A stretch of DNA of 40,593 nucleotides from Spirochaetaceae bacterium (GTDB lineage: Bacteria > Spirochaetota > Spirochaetia > Treponematales > Breznakiellaceae), in contig JAITBE010000130.1 in assembly GCA_031283755.1 (NCBI GenBank), forward strand, positions 1-40,593, read 5' to 3'. This document shows, in pieces, positions 27,107 to 36,915 of this stretch. The position numbers were made by a program, and so were the translations under genes. Position 1 is the stretch's first letter. The number at the start of each line of letters is the position of its first letter. Under the pieces are notes generated by a model, which ran no database searches, was not told where the DNA came from, and worked only from the letters and a program-made list of their open reading frames with translations.

Positions 27107-28804
27107 ATGAATAAATCCGGGACCTTCGGCCAGCTTGCTTTAGAATTATCTTTGGAAGAACGAAAAACCCTTTTGGATAAACTTTATGCACATTCCGGAC
27201 TTTCCCAGGCCCTTTTATATGAGGACAAGCACTATTCTGTTTTTATCATAACCGAGAAAGAACAGTACCATCGACTGCCCTGGTATGTACGGTTAAAGTA
27301 TATAATCATCAGCTTCTTTAACGGTACTCCCCCCAAACAGGTATTTGAGCGCCGCCAGATCGCCCGAATCGGTAAGATAATAAACAAACAGGCCCCGGGG
27401 TATTATGATTACCGCCGGGACTTTTTGCTTCCGAATTTACGGGAGAAATTTATAGAACTCAAAGGCGCCGCCCGGTTTTTTTATGATACCCTGAATCAGA
27501 GTATTAACCGGGATAAGGGGGCCTTTTATGCTTTCCTGGCTTCTTTGGAAATGGGGGATATCCACAACCTTCTTTTAAGCAGTACCAATCCTAATGAACT
27601 GGCCGTTGTAAATCCCGATCTTCAGGAAGGGGAATTACGCCAGACGGCGCTTAACAACCTTGAACAAAGCCTGAGCCTTGTTACCGAAGATGAAAAAAAA
27701 CGTATGTATGCCAGTGTCCGGTCGTTAAATTACCTCAAAGCCCTGTCTACCTTTTCATTTGACCGGATTATCCTGAGTTTTGCCGTCAATCAGGCGCAGG
27801 GCGATCTTGTTTGTAAGGGTTCATTAGTGGAAGCTCCCATGACGATCCTGCAGAACGTGTTGTTTTCTCTAAAGCAAGTGCCCCCCATGTCTCTACTGGA
27901 ATCTCTTTTTATTTTTACCCTTCAGGAATATAGCGAGGAGCCCTCCTTGGATATTACCATAGAGATGCGGCGCCTTCTTTCTATGGCGGAAAATGATCTG
28001 AGAATCATCAGGGATTTTAACCGGGAGGTACCCCTCACCTTGATACTCCGTTGTATCAGCCGGGACATGGGCCTGCTGCCCAAGGAAATAAGCGGCGGTG
28101 AAGATTGGTTCGTGGCCTACCGGGAGTATTGGAAACGGCAGGTGGATACCCAATTCAACGAATATAAACGGATAAACCGGCAAAAAGAACTGGTAAATAC
28201 CCTCCATCAGTTTCTTAAGGGAAGCGCTTTAAAAACCTTACATCATGTGGTTTCCCAGTACAATCCCGGCGGCTTTCCCCTCCCACAGGGCTTGGCGCTT
28301 TCCTTCTTAATGACTTTTTATTCAAATGTTTTTATGCCGGATATCCATCAGGTCCTAAGGGTTATCATGATAGAAGGCGAGTTTTATAGAGTAGAAAGCC
28401 GGACCCAGTTCACCGAAATTTACAACGAAATCTTGAAGCTTGAGGATGTCATCCGGCAATTTGAATTCCAACTGTCCCCCGAAGGAAAGTATGGAACCCC
28501 CTATTTCTTGTCGGATTCAGAATCGGCTCCCGGCCCATTAAGACGCCGCAAGGTTCAGCGGGCGATTAATGAGGCATTCATCGAAGCCGAAGGGATCATC
28601 ACCACCGCCAAACAGACCCTTGAGGAAATGGTAAAAATCCTGGATGGGTTTATACGCAAAGAGTCCGATGGGAATTATGATGCCCTGGCGAATCTTATGC
28701 AGATTTCATCAAAAATTCCCGGTTTTGTAAGCGCTATTGGTAATTCCATCCGCCAGTTCCGGCAAGTCTTGCAGTTTTTGGATACTATTGATATGTTAGA
28801 ATAG
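27107..28804 (+). CDS. DUF5312-like spirochaete helical protein, paralog 1
   Basis: 565-aa ORF; LSLEERKTLLDKL, GAFYAFL, ISGGEDWF. Family name is from recall. Confidence 0.75.
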   Translation: MNKSGTFGQLALELSLEERKTLLDKLYAHSGLSQALLYEDKHYSVFIITEKEQYHRLPWYVRLKYIIISFFNGTPPKQVFERRQIARIGKIINKQAPGYYDYRRDFLLPNLREKFIELKGAARFFYDTLNQSINRDKGAFYAFLASLEMGDIHNLLLSSTNPNELAVVNPDLQEGELRQTALNNLEQSLSLVTEDEKKRMYASVRSLNYLKALSTFSFDRIILSFAVNQAQGDLVCKGSLVEAPMTILQNVLFSLKQVPPMSLLESLFIFTLQEYSEEPSLDITIEMRRLLSMAENDLRIIRDFNREVPLTLILRCISRDMGLLPKEISGGEDWFVAYREYWKRQVDTQFNEYKRINRQKELVNTLHQFLKGSALKTLHHVVSQYNPGGFPLPQGLALSFLMTFYSNVFMPDIHQVLRVIMIEGEFYRVESRTQFTEIYNEILKLEDVIRQFEFQLSPEGKYGTPYFLSDSESAPGPLRRRKVQRAINEAFIEAEGIITTAKQTLEEMVKILDGFIRKESDGNYDALANLMQISSKIPGFVSAIGNSIRQFRQVLQFLDTIDMLE

Positions 28805-28891
28805 GGGAGAAAAGATAAAATTCCCTTTCTCCCGCCGAGGAGTAGAGTAAGGCATTAACCGTTTCGGTAAATATTATCTCGTGTTTTTATT

Positions 28892-30598
28892 ATGGATGAA
28901 TCCTATGTTTTTGGTAAATTAGCTGCAAGGCTGACCCCGGCTGAACGGAAAACTTTTCTTGAAAAACTCAGTCATTATTCTTCTTTTTCCCAAGAAGCTC
29001 TTTATGAAGAACAAAATGATGTTGTTTCCACGAAAATTCATCAGGCGGCGTACAGCCAGCTGCCCTGGTATATCCGGTTATTTTTTGTATTTATGAGTTT
29101 TTTTCAGGGGACCTCCCCTATACGGTTCTTTGAGAATCGTCGAATAGCCCTGATAGGCAAGCGGATAAACGAAACTGCCCCGGGAATTTACGATTATCAA
29201 CAGGATTTTTTGCTGCCGGCGCTGTATAAAAAATTGGTTAAACTCAAAGATGCCGCCCGTTTTTTTTACAAGGTTCTGGACCAAAGCATTAATCGGGATA
29301 AGGGGGCTTTTTATGCATTCCTGGGCTCTCTGGAGATGGAGGATATCCATAACCGCCTCAATAAAGGGACCGATCCTGAAATTCTTACCGCCGAAAATCC
29401 CCAAGCTTCCGAGGCCGAACTGCGTCAAATGGCCGCGGATAACATGGAAAAGAGTCTGGGGTTGATCACTGAACAGCAAAAAAACACTATGTACGCCGAT
29501 ACCCGTTCTTTACATTGCCTTAAAGCCTTATCTACCTTCCTTTTTGACCGGCTCATCCTGAATTTTTCCGACCATAAGGCGTTCAAAGGCCCGGTGTGTA
29601 CCGCCGGTATGGTAAAGGATCAGTTAATCATCCTGCAGAATGTGTTGTTTTCTTTAAAATATGCCCCTTCCATGGCTTTGTTGGAATCCCTTTTTATTTT
29701 TACCCTCCAGGGGCAGATGAAGGATAAAAAAGCGGATGTCACGGTGGAAACGGACCGGCTTCTTGCCCAGGCGGAAAAATCCCTGGATATCATCCATGAC
29801 TTTAATCAGGAAGTTCCCTTGACCCAGATATTGCGCTGTGCCAGCCGGGATATGACCATAAGTCCCCTGGATATCAGTGGCGGGGAGGATTGGTTTTTGG
29901 TGTACCGGGATCATTGGAAACGGTATGCGGAAGAACGGTTTACCCAGCATATCCACTTCACCGGCCGGCAGAAACTGATAGATTCCATTACTCAATTTTT
30001 TAAGCGGACCAGCTTAAAAATGGTGAACCATGTGGCTTCCGATACCAATTCCCAGGGCTTTCCGGTGAAGGGAACCCTCTGCCTGTCGTTTCTCCTAACC
30101 TTTTATTCATCGGTTTTTGTGGAAAAAGCCAATGAGTTCCTCGAATCTATCCTGCTGGGCGGGAATTTTTATAGCAGGGAAGATCGGACCGTTTTTACCG
30201 AAAGTTACAATGAACTCATGAAACTTGAGGAAATCATAAAACATTTTGAAATGCAGGTCTCTCCGGTGGGGGAATTCGGGAAGCGGTTTGCCGCTGCCCA
30301 GGCGGATAGAACCGTTTCGTCATTAAGACGCCATAAGCTCCTTTCCGTCACCGACGAGGCCAACCAGGAGGTTTTTAGAATTGTCAGAAATGCCGGGGCC
30401 GCCCTGGAAGGCATAATCAATATGTTGGGGAGAATAGTAAAAACTACCCCCGCCGGTGAATCCAATGTCCTGATGAATATGACCCAACTTACGGGAAAGG
30501 GGAATGTCTTTATAACCAGCCTTAACGATTTTCTGGTTCAGTTGCAAGAGAGCCTTAAATTTTTCAATGATATAATTGCCCTGGAATTAGGAAAATAA
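28892..30598 (+). CDS. DUF5312-like spirochaete helical protein, paralog 2
   Basis: 568-aa ORF colinear with 27107-28804 (shared NRDKGAFYAFL, ILQNVLFSLK, LLESLFIFTLQ, ISGGEDWF). Confidence 0.75.
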   Translation: MDESYVFGKLAARLTPAERKTFLEKLSHYSSFSQEALYEEQNDVVSTKIHQAAYSQLPWYIRLFFVFMSFFQGTSPIRFFENRRIALIGKRINETAPGIYDYQQDFLLPALYKKLVKLKDAARFFYKVLDQSINRDKGAFYAFLGSLEMEDIHNRLNKGTDPEILTAENPQASEAELRQMAADNMEKSLGLITEQQKNTMYADTRSLHCLKALSTFLFDRLILNFSDHKAFKGPVCTAGMVKDQLIILQNVLFSLKYAPSMALLESLFIFTLQGQMKDKKADVTVETDRLLAQAEKSLDIIHDFNQEVPLTQILRCASRDMTISPLDISGGEDWFLVYRDHWKRYAEERFTQHIHFTGRQKLIDSITQFFKRTSLKMVNHVASDTNSQGFPVKGTLCLSFLLTFYSSVFVEKANEFLESILLGGNFYSREDRTVFTESYNELMKLEEIIKHFEMQVSPVGEFGKRFAAAQADRTVSSLRRHKLLSVTDEANQEVFRIVRNAGAALEGIINMLGRIVKTTPAGESNVLMNMTQLTGKGNVFITSLNDFLVQLQESLKFFNDIIALELGK

Positions 30599-30600
30599 CC

Positions 30601-31386
30601 GTGCGAATTTACCCTTTTCGCCTCTCATTTTCCGGTTCCCATGCGAATTTTTCTTTTTTCTTTGAGGGTTTTCAGAGGGAGGAAATTTCCTGTTTTATTT
30701 CTTCCCGAGCCGCGGATAATATAGTACATTCTGAGGGGGAACCCCCCTGGGGGAATTTTTGTGAAGTCCTGGGCCTGGATCCCGCCCGGATTTACCGGTT
30801 AACCCAGGTTCATTCCCGGGAGGTCCTGGTCCTGGATCGGTACAGCCCCCACGACCGGCCCCGGGCCGACGGTTTGGTAAGCCGGGACCGGGATATTTGG
30901 CTTTCGGTTACCGTGGCGGATTGTCTTCCGGTATATCTCTTTGACACCGAAAGCGGCGCCTTCGGTATCCTCCACTCAGGCTGGAAGGGGACGGGGATAG
31001 TCCTCAAGGCCCTGGCCCTCATGGAGGAGCGCTGGAACACCCGGCCCCCGGCGGTGGCCGTGGTCCTGGGGCCCTGTATCGGCGCCTGTTGTTACCGGGT
31101 GGACGAAGGCCGGGCCCGGATCTTTGAGGAAGAATTCGGAGGGCCCGACGGCGACTATCCCTTGGGCCCGGTGGTGATCCGCCGTCCCCGGAACGGATCA
31201 AGCCCGGCGGAACCCTTTCTGGACCTCCGGGCCGCCAATGCCCGGCTTTTGGCCGGGGCCGGGGTGCGGAACCTCGCGGTTTGCCAGGACTGTACCTTTA
31301 CCGATGAACGGTTAGGTTCCTTTAGACGGGAAGGCAAGGACTATACCAGAATGGCCGCCCTCATCGGCCCTAAGCTCCCGGTTTAG
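30601..31386 (+). CDS. pgeF: YfiH/PgeF (laccase-domain purine nucleoside phosphorylase) family protein
   Basis: QVHS, ADGL, VADCLPV, HSGWKG, GPCIGACCY, SFRREG. Confidence 0.88.
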   Translation: MRIYPFRLSFSGSHANFSFFFEGFQREEISCFISSRAADNIVHSEGEPPWGNFCEVLGLDPARIYRLTQVHSREVLVLDRYSPHDRPRADGLVSRDRDIWLSVTVADCLPVYLFDTESGAFGILHSGWKGTGIVLKALALMEERWNTRPPAVAVVLGPCIGACCYRVDEGRARIFEEEFGGPDGDYPLGPVVIRRPRNGSSPAEPFLDLRAANARLLAGAGVRNLAVCQDCTFTDERLGSFRREGKDYTRMAALIGPKLPV

Positions 31387-31493
31387 GAACGGCGTCTTTT
31401 GCGGATGCCGGCGAGGTGATACCCAGGCTTCAGTTTTGGGATTGCCGCGGTTGGTTTTGAAAAACTTTGGTGTTTTTTTAAAGGGGAATAGTT

Positions 31494-33236
31494 ATGTACG
31501 ACTTTAAAGAGCTGTGGAAAAATCGGATCGCCGGGACCTTAAATAAGCTGCTTCGGGAGGCGGGCCTTGAGGGGGATATCAGCCCCTCCGCGGTGATCGC
31601 CGAAATTCCCCCCAAGCCGGAATTAGGGGATCTGGGATTCCCCATGTTCGGCTTTGCCAAGCTGCTGCGGAAGGCCCCCCCCCAGATAGCTCAGGCTGTG
31701 GCGGACAACCTGGGTGAACCGGGATCCGGGACCTTTGCCGCCGAAGGCCCCTATGTCAATGTCCGGCTAAACCGGGCGGAAGCCGCCGCTTCCATCATGG
31801 AAGAGCTTCAGGACCCCGCCTTCGGCCGCCCGGGAACCCTGGCGGGTTCCCGGATTATGGTGGAATTTTCCAGCCCCAACACCAATAAACCCCTCCATCT
31901 GGGGCACCTCAGGAACGATGTCCTGGGGGAAAGCATCTCCCGGATCCTCGCCGCCTGTGGAGCCGAGGTCCGCAAGGTCTGCATCATCAACGACCGGGGG
32001 GTACATATCTGTAAATCCATGCTGGCCTACCGGGAATACGGCGAGGGGAAAACCCCCGAATCCGAGGGAATAAAAAGCGATCATTTTGTGGGGGACTGGT
32101 ACGTTAAATTCCACGCCATGAGTAAAGAGAATCCCGCGGCGGAGGAACAGGCCCAGGAAATGCTCCGCCAATGGGAACAGGGGGACGGGGAAACGGTGGC
32201 CCTTTGGGAAAAGATGCGGGAATGGACCGTAAAGGGGATGAAAGAAACCTATGAGCGTACCGGGGTCTCCTTTGATCAGTACTACTACGAAAGCCGGACC
32301 TACCTTTCCGGCCGGGAGGAGGTCCTCAAAGGTCTGGACCGGGGGATCTTTTACCGGGAGGAGGACGGTTCGATCTGGGTGGACCTGACCGCGGAAAAAC
32401 TCGACAAAAAGGTACTCCTCCGCAAGGACGGGACATCCCTGTACATCACCCAGGACTTCGGAACCGCCATCCACCGCCACCGGGACTGGCCCTTTGACCG
32501 GCTTATTTATGTGGTGGGTTCGGAACAGCAGTACCATTTTCAGGTGCTTTTTACCATATTAAAAAAGCTGGGGTTTGATTGGGCGAAAAACCTCTCCCAC
32601 CTCTCCTACGGCATGGTAAACCTCCCCGAGGGTAAAATGAAGAGCCGGGAAGGTACGGTGGTGGACGCCGACGATCTCCTGGACAGCCTGAAAGCGCTGG
32701 CCTTACAGGAGATCCGTGATAAGGACCGGGAGGCGGCCGTGGGGGATTCCGGGGAAACAGCGGAAAAAATAGCCCTGGGGGCCCTTCATTACTACCTGCT
32801 CCAGGTATCCCCCCTCAAGGATATGCTTTTTGATCCCCAGGAATCCCTGGCTTTTAACGGCAATACCGGCCCGTACCTTCAGTACATGGGGGCCCGGATC
32901 TCGTCTCTGCTCCGCAAAGACGAGGGGAGCGCCGCTGCCCGGGGTACGGTTATTCCGGACCTCCTTGCGGGGGACGCGGAATGGGAACTCCTCAAGACCC
33001 TGGCCGCTTACCCCGAGTTCATAGCCGCCGCCGCCGCCCGGATGGACCCCTCCCTCCTCGCTGCCTATCTCTATGAGCTCTCCAAGACCTTCAGCCGTTT
33101 CTACCACGACTGCCCCATCCTCAACGCCGAAACGGCGGACCTGGCCGCCGCCCGCCTCGCCCTCTGCCGGGGGGTACTCCGGGTGCTCCGGGACGCCCTC
33201 AGCCTCATCTGTATCCCCTTCCTGGTTTCCATGTAG
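31494..33236 (+). CDS. argS: Arginine--tRNA ligase
   Basis: VEFSSPNTNKPLHLGHLRN, KDGTSLYITQD, GKMKSREG, GNTGPYLQY, FSRFYHDC. Confidence 0.97.
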   Translation: MYDFKELWKNRIAGTLNKLLREAGLEGDISPSAVIAEIPPKPELGDLGFPMFGFAKLLRKAPPQIAQAVADNLGEPGSGTFAAEGPYVNVRLNRAEAAASIMEELQDPAFGRPGTLAGSRIMVEFSSPNTNKPLHLGHLRNDVLGESISRILAACGAEVRKVCIINDRGVHICKSMLAYREYGEGKTPESEGIKSDHFVGDWYVKFHAMSKENPAAEEQAQEMLRQWEQGDGETVALWEKMREWTVKGMKETYERTGVSFDQYYYESRTYLSGREEVLKGLDRGIFYREEDGSIWVDLTAEKLDKKVLLRKDGTSLYITQDFGTAIHRHRDWPFDRLIYVVGSEQQYHFQVLFTILKKLGFDWAKNLSHLSYGMVNLPEGKMKSREGTVVDADDLLDSLKALALQEIRDKDREAAVGDSGETAEKIALGALHYYLLQVSPLKDMLFDPQESLAFNGNTGPYLQYMGARISSLLRKDEGSAAARGTVIPDLLAGDAEWELLKTLAAYPEFIAAAAARMDPSLLAAYLYELSKTFSRFYHDCPILNAETADLAAARLALCRGVLRVLRDALSLICIPFLVSM

Positions 33237-33289
33237 GCCGGCCGGAGGGGGTATGTGTGCTATCGGGTATCAGCAGGCGATTTCTCCTC

Positions 33290-33319
33290 TTGACGAACCA
33301 GGATATTTTGCCCTAAGAT
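33290..33319 (+). promoter_or_regulatory. sigma70-type promoter of the rplU operon
   Basis: TTGACG-18-TAAGAT. Confidence 0.55.
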
Positions 33320-33327
33320 ACAATAGC

Positions 33328-33474
33328 AGGCTGTTCCAAAACATCGGATTTTGAAAGACAAGTTTTGCTTGTCACACAGCCTTGGATTAAGCGGAAAAAC
33401 AGATAGGCTTAATTTGGGGCGTAGCTGTTTTTCCCCAAACAGGTTCAAAACCAGCCAAGTTTTGAGACCGGCTC
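33328..33474. repeat. Composite family A repeat forming the rplU leader
   Basis: AGGCTGT/ACAGCCT bracket (33328-33382), perfect GGAAAAACAG/CTGTTTTTCC (33393-33434), GGTTCAAAAC/GTTTTGAGACC (33442-33469). Confidence 0.65.
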
Positions 33475-33505
33475 ATATTATTATGGTTTTTAAGGATGTT
33501 TTCCC

Positions 33506-33817
33506 ATGTATGTTTTAATGGAATTTAAAGGTAAGCAGTACAAAGCCGAAAAGGGCGCCCTGTTAAAGGTGGATAGGATAAGTGCCGAGCCGGGCGCCGA
33601 ACTGGACATAGATTCCGTACTCCTCCATTCGGGGGATACGGTATCCGTGGGAGCGCCCTATATAGCGGGCGCCAAGGTTCAGGCGGTGGTGGAACGCCAC
33701 GGTAAGGAACGGAAGATCATTGTTTTTAAGTACAAACCTAAAAAGGATTACCGGCGTAAACAGGGGCACCGTCAGGGGTATTCGATCATTAAGATCGAGG
33801 ATATCACCGGGGTTTAA
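33506..33817 (+). CDS. rplU: 50S ribosomal protein L21
   Basis: GKQYK..KG, GAPY..GAKV, KIIVFKYKPKKDYRRKQGHRQ. Confidence 0.97.
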   Translation: MYVLMEFKGKQYKAEKGALLKVDRISAEPGAELDIDSVLLHSGDTVSVGAPYIAGAKVQAVVERHGKERKIIVFKYKPKKDYRRKQGHRQGYSIIKIEDITGV

Positions 33818-33868
33818 GGGCGGCCGCTTTTGCCGGCGGATAGGAAGGGAATTTAAACCGGGGCAAGG

Positions 33869-34213
33869 ATGATAACCATCGACGTGGTTTTGGATGTTGA
33901 GGGGCTCCTCAAATCCTGTAAAGTTACCGGCCACGCCGGGGCGGGACCGAAAGGTTCCGATATTGTCTGCGCCGCCGTGTCGATCCTGACGAAAACCGCC
34001 CTGAAGACCCTTACGGGCAGGGAAGGAATTATCGTCCGGGTCCCGGCGGGTGTTCCGGAACGGGGCCGCTTTGGGATGGAAACGGATTATACCGGTAAGG
34101 GCAGGGATTTCCTTGCCGCCGCCGGGGCTTTTTTAACGGAAGGCCTGGTTTCGGTCTCGGAGGCGTATCCCGGTTATTGTATTATGAATATTCACAAGGA
34201 GCGGAGGAATTAA
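33869..34213 (+). CDS. prp: Ribosomal-processing cysteine protease Prp
   Basis: [18 protein letters not shown] motif; position between rplU and rpmA. Confidence 0.9.
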   Translation: MITIDVVLDVEGLLKSCKVTGHAGAGPKGSDIVCAAVSILTKTALKTLTGREGIIVRVPAGVPERGRFGMETDYTGKGRDFLAAAGAFLTEGLVSVSEAYPGYCIMNIHKERRN

Positions 34214-34214
34214 T

Positions 34215-34475
34215 ATGGCCCGGAAAAGAGGCGGCAGCGGCGCGAAAAACGGCAGGGATTCAAATCCCCAATACTTGGGGATTAAGGTATCGGGGGATAC
34301 GCTGATAAAGGCGGGAACCATTATTGTCCGGCAGCGGGGTACCAAGATACATCCGGGGCTGAACGTGGGCTGCGGAGGGGATTATACCCTCTTTGCCAAG
34401 GTAGACGGAAGGGTTGCTTTTTCCCGCCGCCGGGGTCGAAAATTGGCCGGGGTTATTCCCGTCGCGGCGGAATAG
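34215..34475 (+). CDS. rpmA: 50S ribosomal protein L27
   Basis: [37 protein letters not shown]; SD GGAGGA. Confidence 0.97.
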   Translation: MARKRGGSGAKNGRDSNPQYLGIKVSGDTLIKAGTIIVRQRGTKIHPGLNVGCGGDYTLFAKVDGRVAFSRRRGRKLAGVIPVAAE

Positions 34476-34542
34476 GTCTTTGCCGGTTTGGCCGGACCTT
34501 GTTGAGGACGGTTATTTATCCTGGCGGATAGTTTGTTTTTGA

Positions 34543-35622
<1,080 letters not shown>

Positions 35623-35700
35623 TACCCCGGCGCCCCCTCGCGCGGGGGAGGTTCTGCGGGGGGGAAGCTATTTTTTTGAGCCAGGGGAGGTTCCTTACCG

Positions 35701-36915
35701 GTGAAGGTAGCGATTTTGGGGGGTAGTTTTAACCCGGTTCATCTGGGGCATCTTTTCCTCGCCGACGGAGTCATTTCCGCTTTTGGATATGACCGGGTCA
35801 TCATGATCCCCACCTTTCAATCTCCTTTTAAACCCGGCGCCCCGATTACCTCGCCCGAGGACCGGCTGGATATGCTGACCGCCGCCATTACCGCCGATCC
35901 CCGGCTCACCGCGGATGACTGTGAAATTCGCCGGCAGGGAGTGTCCTATACCATCGACACCCTGGGGGATATTGAAAAACGCTATCTGCCCCAGGGGAAA
36001 CCCGCCCTGATCCTGGGGGATGATCTGGCCCGGGACTTCCCCAAATGGAGAGAGGCCCGGGAAATCGCGGAACGGGCGGATATCATTATCGCCCACCGGA
36101 TAAGTTCCGGGGAACTCCCCTTTCCCTTTCCCCACCGGCGGCTCCAAAACGACATCATGGACCTCTCCTCAGGGATGGTCCGGGATCGGATCCGGCAGGG
36201 GGAAAGCTGGCGATATCTGGTGCCCCCGGGAACCCGGCTGCTCATTGAGGACCGGGGCCTCTACGGGGTGAAGCCCGCGGCCGCTCCCCTGACCCCCGAA
36301 CAGGCCCTTTCCGGCGGAGAGGGGGGCGGTTCCCAAAACGTTTCCTGGGAACTTATCGGGGGGATAGAAACCGCGGTCCGTTCGGCGCTGGCTTCGGGGC
36401 GCTTTCTCCATTCCCGGAATACCGCCCTCCTCGCCTATGATATCTGCCTCCGGTTCCGTCTGGACGCCGCCGCGGGTTACCTGGCGGGGATAGCCCATGA
36501 TATGGCCAAACCTCTCCCGGAGGATGTTTTGATCCGCCTTGCCGGTAGTGACGGTCAGGGTATCTCCCCAATGGAATACAAAAAAGTTTCCCTTCTCCAC
36601 GCCCGGGCCGCCGCGGTCTTGCTCAAGGACCGGTTTGGCGTACATAATGAGAGTATCCTGGAGGCGGTACGGTTCCATACCACCGGAGATATGTCCATGG
36701 GTCCCCTGGCGAAGGCGGTTTTTATTGCCGATAAAATCGAGCCTTCCCGGCAGGAGGTGGATCCCCGGCTCCGGGAACTAAATCGTTACCATGACTTGGA
36801 AACGTTATTCACCGCGGTGGTGGACGAAACCGTGGTTTACCTCTCCTCCCGGAATGTGGATATATCGGAGAGTACCAAACGGTTGTTGGCGGCGATCCAT
36901 AAAAGGGGGATATGA
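35701..36915 (+). CDS. nadD: Nicotinate-nucleotide adenylyltransferase fused to a YqeK-type HD domain
   Basis: GGSFNPVHLGH, SYTIDT, ILGDD, LSSGMVR; then RFLHS, AHDMAK, LLHA, FHTTG, IADKIEPSR. Confidence 0.9.
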   Translation: MKVAILGGSFNPVHLGHLFLADGVISAFGYDRVIMIPTFQSPFKPGAPITSPEDRLDMLTAAITADPRLTADDCEIRRQGVSYTIDTLGDIEKRYLPQGKPALILGDDLARDFPKWREAREIAERADIIIAHRISSGELPFPFPHRRLQNDIMDLSSGMVRDRIRQGESWRYLVPPGTRLLIEDRGLYGVKPAAAPLTPEQALSGGEGGGSQNVSWELIGGIETAVRSALASGRFLHSRNTALLAYDICLRFRLDAAAGYLAGIAHDMAKPLPEDVLIRLAGSDGQGISPMEYKKVSLLHARAAAVLLKDRFGVHNESILEAVRFHTTGDMSMGPLAKAVFIADKIEPSRQEVDPRLRELNRYHDLETLFTAVVDETVVYLSSRNVDISESTKRLLAAIHKRGI

